Positions 33,163 to 42,433 of a DNA stretch of 64,000 bases are shown one piece after another (the first letter of the stretch is position 1; the number at the start of each line of letters is the position of its first letter). Source of the stretch: an uncultured Verrucomicrobiae bacterium (GTDB taxonomy: Bacteria; Verrucomicrobiota; Verrucomicrobiia; Chthoniobacterales; Chthoniobacteraceae); the NCBI GenBank assembly GCA_963836755.1, contig CAWIKF010000001.1:416001-480000 (forward strand). Direction: 5' to 3'. Made by a program: the position numbers and the translations under genes. The notes beneath the pieces are model-generated. The model did not search any database, was not told the origin of the DNA, and saw only the letters and a list, made by a program, of their open reading frames with translations.

Positions 33163-35414
33163 CACTTTTGATAGCGAAAATTTACCGCGCGCGAATCCGC
33201 ATTTTGGTGCGGCACCGTCTGGTCGAGCGTGGCGTCGAGCGTCGGCTGGATCAAGAGCCGGTGCTGCTCAGTGTCGGAATTTTTCACCGCCTCAAGCGAG
33301 CTGGTCGTGACGACGGGCCGGATGAGCACGACGAGTTCTTCGCGGTCATTGTGCTTCGAAGTTTTTTTGAAAAGGTAGCCGAGAACGGGGATGCGGCCGA
33401 GCAGCGGCAGGCCTGTGCCGGTGTTGTTGAGCGAGGTTTTGATTAGCCCGCCCAGGACGACGGTCGCTTCGTTTGGCACGAGGACGTTGGTGCGAATGTA
33501 GCGCGTGTTGATCGTCGGGATGAGGCTGCCGCCAATGTTTGTCGTCTGGCCGCTGAGGTCGTCGAGTTTCTGCAAAATATCGAGCGAGACTTCGCGGTCG
33601 GCATTGATGAGCGGGACGACTTCCAACTGTAAAACAACCGGTTTGTAATTAACGGTCGACTGGACGGCGGCCGTGTTGTTGAGCGCGGTGCCCGCGACCA
33701 AGTTTGAGAGCGTCGAGCTCGGCACGGCGATTTCGGTGCCGGAGGCGATGATGGCTTTTTTGTTATTGCTCGTGAAAACCATCGGGCGCTGCGTCACGCG
33801 GAATCTCCCGGTCGCCTCGAGCGCCTGGACGGTCGCGCTCAACGTGCGCGTGGCGACGACGTATTGTGTGAGGCCATTCGAGGTCATGAGGCTGCCGCCG
33901 TGCGTGGCGAAGGCGGCGGCTGCCGCGGTGGCGACATTCGACGCGCCCGTCGTCGTGCTGGTGCCGGTCGTTCCGGTGGTGCTGCTATTGCTGGTAGTCG
34001 CGGGATTGGTCAGCAGCGCGAGCGGGTCGATGCCAATGTCGAGGTCGTTGTTCAGCGTCAGCTCGCCGATGACCGTGTTGAGCATGACTTGCGGAGCGCG
34101 GACGTCGATGGTGTCGAGCAGGCGAAAAACGCGCTGCTGCATTTCCTGGTTGCCGAGGACGATGATGGTGTTTTCGCGCGGGTCGGCGATGATTTTTGTG
34201 TTGCCGACCGTGACGGCTTTCGGCGTCGTGTCGACGTCCGGCGTATTCAATTCCTCCGAAATATTGACGCCACCGCTGCTGCTGCCGGAACCTTGTGTGT
34301 TGTTGCTGTTTGTCCGCGTGCCGGTGGTCGTGGTCGGCCGTGGCGTAGCGGCGCCCGTCGCGGAAGTCTCATCGGGTTTCACGCCGGGCTCGGTGATCGT
34401 TTTGACAACGATATCGAGCACATCCGAGGCGGAAACAAATTTCAAAGTCCGCTTCGCCGGCTCGCCGAATGGAACGTCCGAGTCAAATTCGTGCACGAGC
34501 TTGCGGACGAATGGCATGTTGATCGGCCGCGTGATGACGTGAATGCGGTTCGTGCGGACATCCGCCGTGAGCCAGATGCGGCCGACGATGACGGAATCTT
34601 CCGAAAGGCCGGTGCCCTGGCGGTCTATCACGACAGTCGCGTTTTGCTGCGCACCGGGCGGCAGCGGAGCGCCGTTGCCGCCGCCGGGACGGATGATGGA
34701 CGTTGTGGTCGGCGTCGTCTGCGGCGGTGCGAAAATTTTCTCGAGCTTGTCGAGCACGTCCTTCACGTCCGCGCGCTCGAGCTTGATGAACTCGCTGACG
34801 ACTTCCGCCGGCGGCACGTCAATCTCGCTGATGACCTTTGCGAGGCTGCGGATCACGCCGGTGCTGTCGGTAATTAAGAGCGCCTGCGCCTTTGGCAGCG
34901 CGACCACGTTTGTGTAAGTGGTCGGCGCGAGATACTGGCTGCCGACGAGCGTTTGCTGCAGCTCCGTCGGATCCGCGTATTGCAATTTGAAGAGAAACGT
35001 GACGATCCGCTCGGTCTCCGGCAGTTGATTGAGGTCCGAATAAATCGGCACCGCTGCCGTGCGCGGATTTTTTTGAAGGCCAACGACCTTGATGATGCTG
35101 TTGTCCTCGGGCACGAGCGAAAATCCGTTGAGCAAAAGATTGATCTCAATGATTTTCACCGCTTCCTCGCGAGGAATTTCCGAGTTTATCACTATGTTAA
35201 CAGGCCCAATAACCGTGTTGTCATAGACGATTTTTTTCCCGGTGAGCCTTTCGTAAAACGCGAGCACGTCTTTGACGTCCGCGTTTGGAAACTGCAGACG
35301 CACCGTGTCGGGCGCGCCCGGAAAATTTCGAGCTGGCGGCGTCGGCGTTGGATTTTGCGCAAGAGCCGATGCACAAAGGAGTCCAAAGAAAAGTGCGGGG
35401 AGCCAGCGTTGCAC
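33162..35414 (-). CDS. gspD: type II secretion secretin GspD
   Basis: N0/N domains, DVRAPQVMLNTVIGE, LEVVPLIN, VVLGGL and PLLGRIPVLGYLFK. Start inferred at GTG 35414, which gives a signal peptide. Confidence 0.9.
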   Translation of the reverse strand: MQRWLPALFFGLLCASALAQNPTPTPPARNFPGAPDTVRLQFPNADVKDVLAFYERLTGKKIVYDNTVIGPVNIVINSEIPREEAVKIIEINLLLNGFSLVPEDNSIIKVVGLQKNPRTAAVPIYSDLNQLPETERIVTFLFKLQYADPTELQQTLVGSQYLAPTTYTNVVALPKAQALLITDSTGVIRSLAKVISEIDVPPAEVVSEFIKLERADVKDVLDKLEKIFAPPQTTPTTTSIIRPGGGNGAPLPPGAQQNATVVIDRQGTGLSEDSVIVGRIWLTADVRTNRIHVITRPINMPFVRKLVHEFDSDVPFGEPAKRTLKFVSASDVLDIVVKTITEPGVKPDETSATGAATPRPTTTTGTRTNSNNTQGSGSSSGGVNISEELNTPDVDTTPKAVTVGNTKIIADPRENTIIVLGNQEMQQRVFRLLDTIDVRAPQVMLNTVIGELTLNNDLDIGIDPLALLTNPATTSNSSTTGTTGTSTTTGASNVATAAAAAFATHGGSLMTSNGLTQYVVATRTLSATVQALEATGRFRVTQRPMVFTSNNKKAIIASGTEIAVPSSTLSNLVAGTALNNTAAVQSTVNYKPVVLQLEVVPLINADREVSLDILQKLDDLSGQTTNIGGSLIPTINTRYIRTNVLVPNEATVVLGGLIKTSLNNTGTGLPLLGRIPVLGYLFKKTSKHNDREELVVLIRPVVTTSSLEAVKNSDTEQHRLLIQPTLDATLDQTVPHQNADSRAVNFRYQK

Positions 35415-35420
35415 CGGCGA

Positions 35421-35449
35421 TATGTAAACGGCACGAGCCATTGGGTCAA
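35421..35449 (-). promoter_or_regulatory. sigma70-type promoter of gspD (probably leaderless mRNA)
   Basis: TTGACC-17nt-TACATA-6nt-GTG. Confidence 0.5.
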
Positions 35450-35511
35450 CTAAAGCCGCCGCGTGTTTGTCATGGACTCCGCGCAGTGCGGCGCGTATGG
35501 AAAAACATCCG

Positions 35512-36063
35512 ATGATGGCACCGCGCCTTTTGCTCCTCGCCTCGCTCGCGCTTTTTCTCGCGGGCTGCACGATTCCCGAACATCCGCCGCTGCTGCATGA
35601 TCTCTCGCCCGCGCCGATGTCGCCGCTCGATTGGGAAAAATCGTGCGGCATTTATGTCGGCCCGATCCGATCGACGAGCTGGCATTTCGGCACCGAGGGT
35701 GTGAGTGTCGCCGAGACGCGGCTGGAGATTTCTGGAACGACGGGAAATCCGCTGATCTATATAAAGATGGAAACTGCCTTCACGAGCGCTGGCAACCGAT
35801 CCGGCAATCGCACGGAAAGTTTCACCAATATCGCGGAGCGGCGCTACGGAACGCCGCAGGGGCTCGTCGCTTCCTCGCACGCTCCGAATCAGCTTTACAT
35901 CAGGCTGCTCGCTTCGGCTTCGTCGCCGAGCTACGGCGCGTTCATGATCGTGACTTTTCACGGGCGAAATCCCGCGCACGTGGAATTTGTCGAGCATCTT
36001 TCGCGGCGCGGCGACGGGATGCTGCAGCACCTGACCGTGCTGAGTTCCGCGCTGCGCGACTAG
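35512..36063 (+). CDS. lipoprotein of unknown function
   Basis: LLLLASLALFLAG-C lipobox; beta-rich mature part. Confidence 0.7.
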   Translation: MMAPRLLLLASLALFLAGCTIPEHPPLLHDLSPAPMSPLDWEKSCGIYVGPIRSTSWHFGTEGVSVAETRLEISGTTGNPLIYIKMETAFTSAGNRSGNRTESFTNIAERRYGTPQGLVASSHAPNQLYIRLLASASSPSYGAFMIVTFHGRNPAHVEFVEHLSRRGDGMLQHLTVLSSALRD

Positions 36064-36100
36064 CGGTTGTTTTTGCGCGCGAGGTCGCTAGTTTACACCG

Positions 36101-36586
36101 GTGCGCACGCGGGCCGGGTTTACTTTACTCGAAGTTTGTCTCGCGGTTTTCATCGCGATGCTGCTGCTCACGCTCGCTGTGCCGAGCTTGAACGGGCTGC
36201 TTGCCGATCAGCGCAGCAAAGCATCTTTCGACGCATTCGATGCGCTCGTGCGGCAGGCGCAAACCAAAAGCATCGCCGACCATTGCGCCTACGTTCTCGC
36301 GTGGGATGCCGGGGGCATTTCGCTCCGGCGCCAGAAATCGGATGAAACCGACGAGACGCCGGCGAGCTCGCCCGCTCCGGAAAATGCAGGGCACGTCGCG
36401 TTCGGGGAAAATGAAAAGTGCGAGCTGCAATTAACCGCGGCACTTTCGACGCCGACCACACAGGAATGGACTTTCTGGCCGACTGGCACTTGCGAGCCTG
36501 CGACGATTGTTTATCAGGGCGGTAACGGAAATTGGACTGCGACTTACGATCCGCTGACAGTGCGCGCGACTTTTACGCAGCCATGA
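36101..36586 (+). CDS. minor pseudopilin GspH-like
   Basis: G|FTLLEV class III signal; FWPTGTCEP. Confidence 0.85.
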   Translation: MRTRAGFTLLEVCLAVFIAMLLLTLAVPSLNGLLADQRSKASFDAFDALVRQAQTKSIADHCAYVLAWDAGGISLRRQKSDETDETPASSPAPENAGHVAFGENEKCELQLTAALSTPTTQEWTFWPTGTCEPATIVYQGGNGNWTATYDPLTVRATFTQP

Positions 36587-36972
36587 AAAGGCATGCAGCG
36601 TTCGTGCTCCTCGAGGTCATGCTCGGTCTCGCGATTTTTTCGATCGGCGTCATCGTGCTCGGACGGAGCGTTAGCAATTGTATCACAGCCGAAAACGCTC
36701 GCGCCGAGGACCAGCGAGCGCGCCTCGCGCTGGAAAATCGCATGGGCGAGATCGAAACTGGCAGCGTCACCCTGAGCGATGCGCAGACCCAAAAACTCAC
36801 CGGCGAGTTTGACGGCATGACTCTCACCGAGACGCAGACTGCGCTCGAATTGAAAAATGAAAACAATCAGGATCTGCCCGGCCTTTATAATATAGATCTC
36901 AAAGTTTCGTGGACCAGCGGACAGCAGCCGCAGTTAAAAGAGCTTTCGTTTTATGTCCTCCGTTCGCAGTAA
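36583..36972 (+). CDS. minor pseudopilin GspI-like
   Basis: A|FVLLEVMLGLAIF; PGLYNIDLKVSW. Confidence 0.85.
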   Translation: MKRHAAFVLLEVMLGLAIFSIGVIVLGRSVSNCITAENARAEDQRARLALENRMGEIETGSVTLSDAQTQKLTGEFDGMTLTETQTALELKNENNQDLPGLYNIDLKVSWTSGQQPQLKELSFYVLRSQ

Positions 36973-37585
36973 TTTTGCGCGGCTGCGTCGCGCATTCACG
37001 CTGCTCGAGGTAATCATCTCCGTCGCGATTCTCTCGTTGATCGCGGCGACGCTTTTTCGCTTTGTGGAATCAACGTTGCGCGCGATTCGCTTTTCATCGG
37101 AGCAAAGTAGCGACGCCGCCGGTTTGACGGGGTTGTTCGCGAGTGTGCAAAGCCAGCTCAATAATTTGCCGCTCGGACAGTCCGGCGTTTTGCTCGGCGA
37201 TTCGCATCAGTTCGGCGACAAATCGAGCGACGAGATGCAGTGGATTTGCTCCGCCGGAAACGGCTTGTTTACAAATTTCGCCGACGGCCAATATCAAGTG
37301 ACGCTCACGCTGCAGCAGGTGCCGCAGTCGGATGCTTACGAGCTCGGCGTGCGCCGCGTGCCGGTGGATCAGCCGACCGCAACCGATGTCCATTGGCTGC
37401 ATCTGCTCGATCATGTGGATGGGCTCGAGATCATGTATTTCGATTCGCGGCTGAACGCGTGGCTGGAAAAATGGACGGATCAAAGTGCGCTGCCGTCGCT
37501 CGTGCGCATCCGCGTTTGGCGGAACGGCGCGAACTCACCAGCCGAAGCGATCCTGATGTTGCCGCTTACGCGATTGCCGATGTGA
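36953..37585 (+). CDS. minor pseudopilin GspJ-like
   Basis: A|FTLLEV; YFDSRLNAWLEKW...LPSLVRI. Confidence 0.85.
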   Translation: MSSVRSNFARLRRAFTLLEVIISVAILSLIAATLFRFVESTLRAIRFSSEQSSDAAGLTGLFASVQSQLNNLPLGQSGVLLGDSHQFGDKSSDEMQWICSAGNGLFTNFADGQYQVTLTLQQVPQSDAYELGVRRVPVDQPTATDVHWLHLLDHVDGLEIMYFDSRLNAWLEKWTDQSALPSLVRIRVWRNGANSPAEAILMLPLTRLPM

Positions 37586-38511
37586 AAAAAGTCCGCACTT
37601 CGCGCGGAAGCGCTCTCATTCTTTCGCTCTGGGCTTTGCTGCTGCTCTCTGCGGCCGTCTTCGCATGGGTGAAAATCATCGAGCAGGACATTGCCGTGAG
37701 CGGCGACGCAAACTCCGCGCTCGACGCCCGCGCTCTCGCCGAATCCGGCGTCGCGATCGCCTTGCACCCGCGCGTGACGCCTTTCACGCCGCTGCTGCAA
37801 AACCAGCTCAGCCCCGGTCACAGCTATGAGGTCAAAATTCGCGGCGAAGCGGGAAAGCTAAATCTCAACTGGCTGCTCCAAAGCTCGATCAACCCGCGCA
37901 GCCGATCGCCCGCGGGCGCGGAAAAAATCGAGATGCTCAAGGACTACTTGCAGCAGCGCGGCCTCACGCTCCAGGAAACCGAGACGCTCATCAATTGCAT
38001 GCTCGACTGGATCGATCCCGACAATACTCCGCGCGAAAATGGCGCGGAAGATTCCGAGAATTATCATCCGCCAAATCGTGGCCGTTTCGTTTCGCTCGAT
38101 GAAATCACGCAGATCAAAGGCTCCGCGCCGCTGACCTCGCTGCCGAACTGGAGAGACGATTTCACCGTGAACTCGCCCGGCCCGATCGACCTGCAATGGG
38201 CTTCACTGGCTGTTCTGCAGGTTTTGCCCAATGTCGGCGACGCGCGCGCGGAGCAGTTTTTGCAAGATCGCCGCGGCGCGGACAAAACAGATTACACGCG
38301 GGATGACCATCTGTTTGCCAACGTCGCGGAAGCGCTTTCGTTTCTCGGATTTGTCGGCGAAACGGGGCGGGCACTCGCCCCTTTCGTCACGCTCAATGAC
38401 CCGACGATGCACATCACCAGCGTCGGCCACGCGGGAAAAGTATATCGACAAATCGAGGTCATTGCCCGGAAAGTGGGCGCGCAACCGCACATACTTTGGT
38501 GGAAAGAATAA
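37582..38511 (+). CDS. gspK: GspK pseudopilin
   Basis: RG|SALILSLW, ARALAESGV, EAGKLNLN, LDWIDPD and GAE motifs. Confidence 0.9.
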   Translation: MKKVRTSRGSALILSLWALLLLSAAVFAWVKIIEQDIAVSGDANSALDARALAESGVAIALHPRVTPFTPLLQNQLSPGHSYEVKIRGEAGKLNLNWLLQSSINPRSRSPAGAEKIEMLKDYLQQRGLTLQETETLINCMLDWIDPDNTPRENGAEDSENYHPPNRGRFVSLDEITQIKGSAPLTSLPNWRDDFTVNSPGPIDLQWASLAVLQVLPNVGDARAEQFLQDRRGADKTDYTRDDHLFANVAEALSFLGFVGETGRALAPFVTLNDPTMHITSVGHAGKVYRQIEVIARKVGAQPHILWWKE

Positions 38512-39737
38512 AGCCCCGCCGTCAATCCCGCCTCGTTTTTCTCAGCCCCGCCGCGCACGGATGGCGTCGGCGCGAAAGCAGTGGTGAAGCGGCTTCGCGG
38601 GAATTTGCGACTTTCGAGGAAGCGATCAACGGCGTCGCATCCGGCACTGCAGTTCATCTCGCGCTGCCGCTTGGAGTGGTGTTGCTCGAGCGCATGCGGC
38701 TGCCGGCGACGGCGCGCGAGGAACTTTTGGGAATGATGCGATTGCAGCTCGAAAAAACGCTCCCATTTTTCGCGGAGAAAACTTCGGGCGACATGGAAAT
38801 CATCTCGCAGAGCGGCACGGAATCTTGGGTGCTCGCGCTTTCGGTTTATCACGAGCAGCTCGAAAATTTCAGCGCGGTGATGCGCGCGCGGCAACTTGTT
38901 CCCGAGAAAGTTTCGCTGTTTGCAATCCACCTCGCCGGCACGGGGAAGCCGGCGGAAACTGACTGCATCATTTACGCGGAGGACGACAAAATCGCTTTCG
39001 CAATTTGCGAAAACGGAAAGCTGAGTTACGCGCAAACCCTTTCCAGCACAGGGCCGGAAGACTTTTGCGAACAACTGCCGTCGGTGCTTTTGAGCGCGGA
39101 ACTTGAGGAGGCGCCGGTGACTTTCGCAACCGTGCGGCTCGATGATTCGCTTGCCGATTGGGAGCCGAAAGTGCGCGAATTTTTTCAGGTGCCCGTGCAG
39201 AAAATTTCTTCCGCCTCGGCGCGGATGGAGAGCAACGAGAATCTTTTGCCATCCACCTGGCGCAGCGAGCGCTCGAAGATCGCGCGCGCATCCGTGCTGC
39301 GCGAGCGGCTGATTTTTGCCGGCATTGGATACGTCGCGCTTGTGGTGCTCGCCGTCGCGACAATTTTTTGGCTCCGATTCCGGCTCGGCAAAATCGAGGA
39401 GCAAGTGCGAACCACGCGGCCGCAGATTGACGCGATCGCGATGGACAAAGCGCGCTGGCTCGCGCTTGCGCCAGCGATCGATCCGCAGCGTTATCCGCTC
39501 GAAATTTTGTGGCAGGTGTGCGCCGGACTTTCATCCGATGACATTCGGCTCACAAAGTTTAACGCCACGACAACTCAGTTTTTGATCGAGGCCGAAGCGC
39601 CGACGGCAAGCGCGGCCGTCGCCTTTGGCGAACGCCTGAAAAAAAGTCCCGGGCTGAATGAGTTCGCGCTGCAAAACAGCCCACCCGCCATTTTGTCGAA
39701 TGAGCACGCGCAGCTCCGACTCACGGGAAAATTATGA
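38496..39737 (+). CDS. GspL/PilM-PilN-like platform protein
   Basis: LQLEKTLPF cytoplasmic domain, one TM, periplasmic domain; operon position. Confidence 0.75.
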   Translation: MVERIKPRRQSRLVFLSPAAHGWRRRESSGEAASREFATFEEAINGVASGTAVHLALPLGVVLLERMRLPATAREELLGMMRLQLEKTLPFFAEKTSGDMEIISQSGTESWVLALSVYHEQLENFSAVMRARQLVPEKVSLFAIHLAGTGKPAETDCIIYAEDDKIAFAICENGKLSYAQTLSSTGPEDFCEQLPSVLLSAELEEAPVTFATVRLDDSLADWEPKVREFFQVPVQKISSASARMESNENLLPSTWRSERSKIARASVLRERLIFAGIGYVALVVLAVATIFWLRFRLGKIEEQVRTTRPQIDAIAMDKARWLALAPAIDPQRYPLEILWQVCAGLSSDDIRLTKFNATTTQFLIEAEAPTASAAVAFGERLKKSPGLNEFALQNSPPAILSNEHAQLRLTGKL

Positions 39738-40255
39738 GCCTTTCCTCGCGCGAAAAAGTTCTTGCCGGCATCGTGATCGGCGCGGCGTTTTTGGTGCTCA
39801 ATCTCGTGCTGGGCAAATCGTTTTTTACGCACCAGGCGGAGTTGCGCAGCGAGATCGCCACGCGCGACGGTGAGTTGAAAACAATGCAAAGTTTGCTCGC
39901 GGAGCGCGATCTGTGGACGAAGCGCGAGGCGTGGCTGACGGCGAAGCAGCCGCACCTGACCGATGAAAACAGCGCGGGTGTGGACTTGCTTCAGCAGATC
40001 GAAAAATCGGCGAAGGCGCAGAACGTCACGCTCGAAAACAAGTCCTTCGGCTCGACGAGCCGGACGCAATGGTATCGCGCGGTCAGCGTGAATCTCGAGA
40101 CGAAATGCGCTTGGACTGCGCTGATCCCTTTTTTAAATGTCATACAACAACCTGATCAGTTTATCGTTTTGGAAAATGTCGACATCGCCGTCGATTCCAC
40201 CGACCAAACGCAGATGCGCGGCAAGTTTCGCATCGCGCGCTGGTTCGCGCCGTGA
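39734..40255 (+). CDS. GspM/PilO-like protein
   Basis: LSSREK plus TM, coiled coil and ferredoxin-like C-terminus. Confidence 0.78.
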   Translation: MSLSSREKVLAGIVIGAAFLVLNLVLGKSFFTHQAELRSEIATRDGELKTMQSLLAERDLWTKREAWLTAKQPHLTDENSAGVDLLQQIEKSAKAQNVTLENKSFGSTSRTQWYRAVSVNLETKCAWTALIPFLNVIQQPDQFIVLENVDIAVDSTDQTQMRGKFRIARWFAP

Positions 40256-40290
40256 TTGAGAATTTTGCAAGCGATGCTAAGATCAGACCG

Positions 40291-40959
40291 ATGACGCGCC
40301 GCGCTCTCTCCGCATCGTTGATTTTTTTGGCGCACGGCTTTGCGCTGAATGCGGCGACGACTGCCGCGAACGATCTGCCAGCGGCGATGCCGCTGAGCCG
40401 CTACGACGCGCTCATGAAGAAATCGCCGTTCGCGCTCGCGACTCCCGCCGGTGCGACCGCTGCCGCATCGACGGCGGGCTTTACGGCGAATCTTTATGTG
40501 TCAGGCGTGGCGAAAATCGATGGCCGCGATTTTGTGACGATTCGATCGAAAGATGGGCAAACGCATTTTTCGTTGATGCCCGGTGAGCTTGGGCCGGACG
40601 GAATCGTGATCACCAGCGTGGACTGGTCGGACGAAGTCGGCAAAAGTAAAGTGACTTTGAAAAAAGGGCAGGAAACTGGCGTCGCGGAATTTGACCAGGC
40701 GGTGCTGCAGGCGCCGCCGCCTCCTGCTGCAGTCGCCAACGAAAGCCCGCAGAATGGGCCTCAACCCGGACGTGGCTGGGGCGGACGAGAGCAGCGATTC
40801 CGCGAGCAGGCTCAAGGCGCTGCACAGGGTTATCAGCGGAATCCCAACTTTAATTACAACCAGCCAAGGCCAAGTGGCAGCGCGTATTCGGGCGGTCAGA
40901 TGACTCCGCAGATGCAGGAGCGGCATCGCACACGAATTATTTACGCGGCGCCGCAGTAG
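40291..40959 (+). CDS. exported protein, possible GspC-like component
   Basis: Hydrophobic N-terminus, KSPF, LYVSGV beta domain, disordered Q/P/G tail. Confidence 0.55.
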   Translation: MTRRALSASLIFLAHGFALNAATTAANDLPAAMPLSRYDALMKKSPFALATPAGATAAASTAGFTANLYVSGVAKIDGRDFVTIRSKDGQTHFSLMPGELGPDGIVITSVDWSDEVGKSKVTLKKGQETGVAEFDQAVLQAPPPPAAVANESPQNGPQPGRGWGGREQRFREQAQGAAQGYQRNPNFNYNQPRPSGSAYSGGQMTPQMQERHRTRIIYAAPQ

Positions 40960-40971
40960 AGCGCGCGGCGG

Positions 40972-41397
40972 TTATTTGTCCCAATTCCCGATGTCGTCGT
41001 CGGTGTCGGGTTTGCGATCCGCGCCGGCTGAGTAGAGATCAAACGAGTTCGGATTGTGCTTGCCGGGCTGCACGTAAATGTAGGCGTTCTGCCACGGGTC
41101 GAGCGGGAGTTTTTCGAAAAGTTGACGCCATTGCCGCGGTTGCGGCTCGCTATCCGGTCGCGTGACCAGCGCCTGCAAACCTTGCTGAGAAGTCGGCAGA
41201 AAACCGTTGAAGGATTCGTAGAGTTTGAGCTGCGTGGAAATGCTCTCGATGTCGCTGTGCACGCGGACGTCCTGCGCGACTCCCACATTGCCGCCCATTG
41301 TATAAATGGCGGCGCCGGCGAGCAGCGCGATGATCATCACCACGAGCATGATTTCCAAAAGTGTGAATGCGGAGCGGGAGGAGCGGCGTCGGATCAT
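40972..41397 (-). CDS. gspG: major pseudopilin GspG
   Basis: A|FTLLEIMLVV, QQGLQALV, LDPWQNAY, DLYSAGAD and DDIGNW motifs. Confidence 0.95.
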   Translation of the reverse strand: MIRRRSSRSAFTLLEIMLVVMIIALLAGAAIYTMGGNVGVAQDVRVHSDIESISTQLKLYESFNGFLPTSQQGLQALVTRPDSEPQPRQWRQLFEKLPLDPWQNAYIYVQPGKHNPNSFDLYSAGADRKPDTDDDIGNWDK

Positions 41398-42401
41398 GGA
41401 GTCACGTATTTGAGTTGCAGTTCGACCGAGCGGATCGCGATGGGATCAGCGGCGGAAGCCTCGATTTTAAGCGCGTTCGCGCCGCTCTGCAAGGCGGAGG
41501 CGGGGACGATTTTCTGGCATTTCAGCCAACCGGAATAATGGAAATTCAAATCACTTTGCATCGGACGCTGCTCCGATTGCCACGCGGGATCAGCGAGATC
41601 CGGCGCCGCCAACGCGGCCGCGCCGAGGTGGTGATTATTCACGGAAATTTCCGGCGGCTCGGAAGGATTTGCGTTGAGGATTTCAAAAGTCACGAGCGCG
41701 AGTTGCGGCTGCGTCGCGAGATCAAAATCAAAAACGCCCGCGCTGCCGCGTTCGGAATTTAGCGCGACGACGCCGCTTTCGAGCGTCGCTTTTACGCGAC
41801 CGAACAAAAGCGCGTCATCGTTGCCGGGCGTTGAGGATGCGCTGTTGTTAAATGGATCGTTCAGTGCGGCGGGCGCGGCGAAATCGAGCGCGGAATGCGT
41901 GGTGGCTTTTTGCAGCGAACTCAGAAACAGGGCGTGAACATTGACGCCATCGCCTGGCGCATCGATGTCGATGTAATCGACGCCGGACATCGGGACGATG
42001 AGCGTTTCCGAGGTCGGGAGATTGAGTCCTTGACCGAGCGTTTTCGGATCCATCAGCCGCGTGCCGATTTCATTCCACGCGGTCACAGTCGGCGAGGCGG
42101 TGTCGGCGAAAAATACGCGCAGGAGCAGCTCGTCATTGAGGCCGGCGAATTTCCGGAAACGCAGGCGGTAGGTGGTTTTGCCAGGAACGCCGGCGGTGGG
42201 ATTCGGCGCGACAATTGAAAAAGATTCGAGCCAGATCGGGAAGGAATGCTGATCGGCGGGCGATTTGGCGAGCGCTGAAAAATCGAGCCACGCGGTGAAT
42301 GGCGTCGGCTGCAGTTTCAATTCCTGCGCGTCGCAAAGTTGAGTGCGGGCGAGAGAAAAAATCGCGACGATTGCGGAGAAAAAAAGTGCGCGGGATTTGA
42401 T
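41394..42401 (-). CDS. exported beta-rich hypothetical protein between gspF and gspG (probable ATC start)
   Basis: ORF extends in frame upstream of TTG 42320 through a signal peptide to ATC 42401, 6 nt after AAGGAG. Stop overlaps the gspG ATG. Confidence 0.75.
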   Translation of the reverse strand: MKSRALFFSAIVAIFSLARTQLCDAQELKLQPTPFTAWLDFSALAKSPADQHSFPIWLESFSIVAPNPTAGVPGKTTYRLRFRKFAGLNDELLLRVFFADTASPTVTAWNEIGTRLMDPKTLGQGLNLPTSETLIVPMSGVDYIDIDAPGDGVNVHALFLSSLQKATTHSALDFAAPAALNDPFNNSASSTPGNDDALLFGRVKATLESGVVALNSERGSAGVFDFDLATQPQLALVTFEILNANPSEPPEISVNNHHLGAAALAAPDLADPAWQSEQRPMQSDLNFHYSGWLKCQKIVPASALQSGANALKIEASAADPIAIRSVELQLKYVTP

Positions 42402-42433
42402 CGGAATCTCCTTTTGCTCCGCGGACTTTTACG

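Noticed and set aside
33900..34380. Thr/Ser/Gly-rich low-complexity stretches as repeats or insertion
   Set aside because: In-frame disordered loops typical of GspD secretins.
35415..35651. N-terminal extension of gspD given by the ORF track
   Set aside because: Overlaps the divergent lipoprotein gene. The signal peptide and promoter fit GTG 35414.
36583..41397. Ala instead of Gly at -1 of several prepilin cleavage sites as a defect
   Set aside because: Ala at -1 is a tolerated variant of class III signal peptides, and E+5 is intact.
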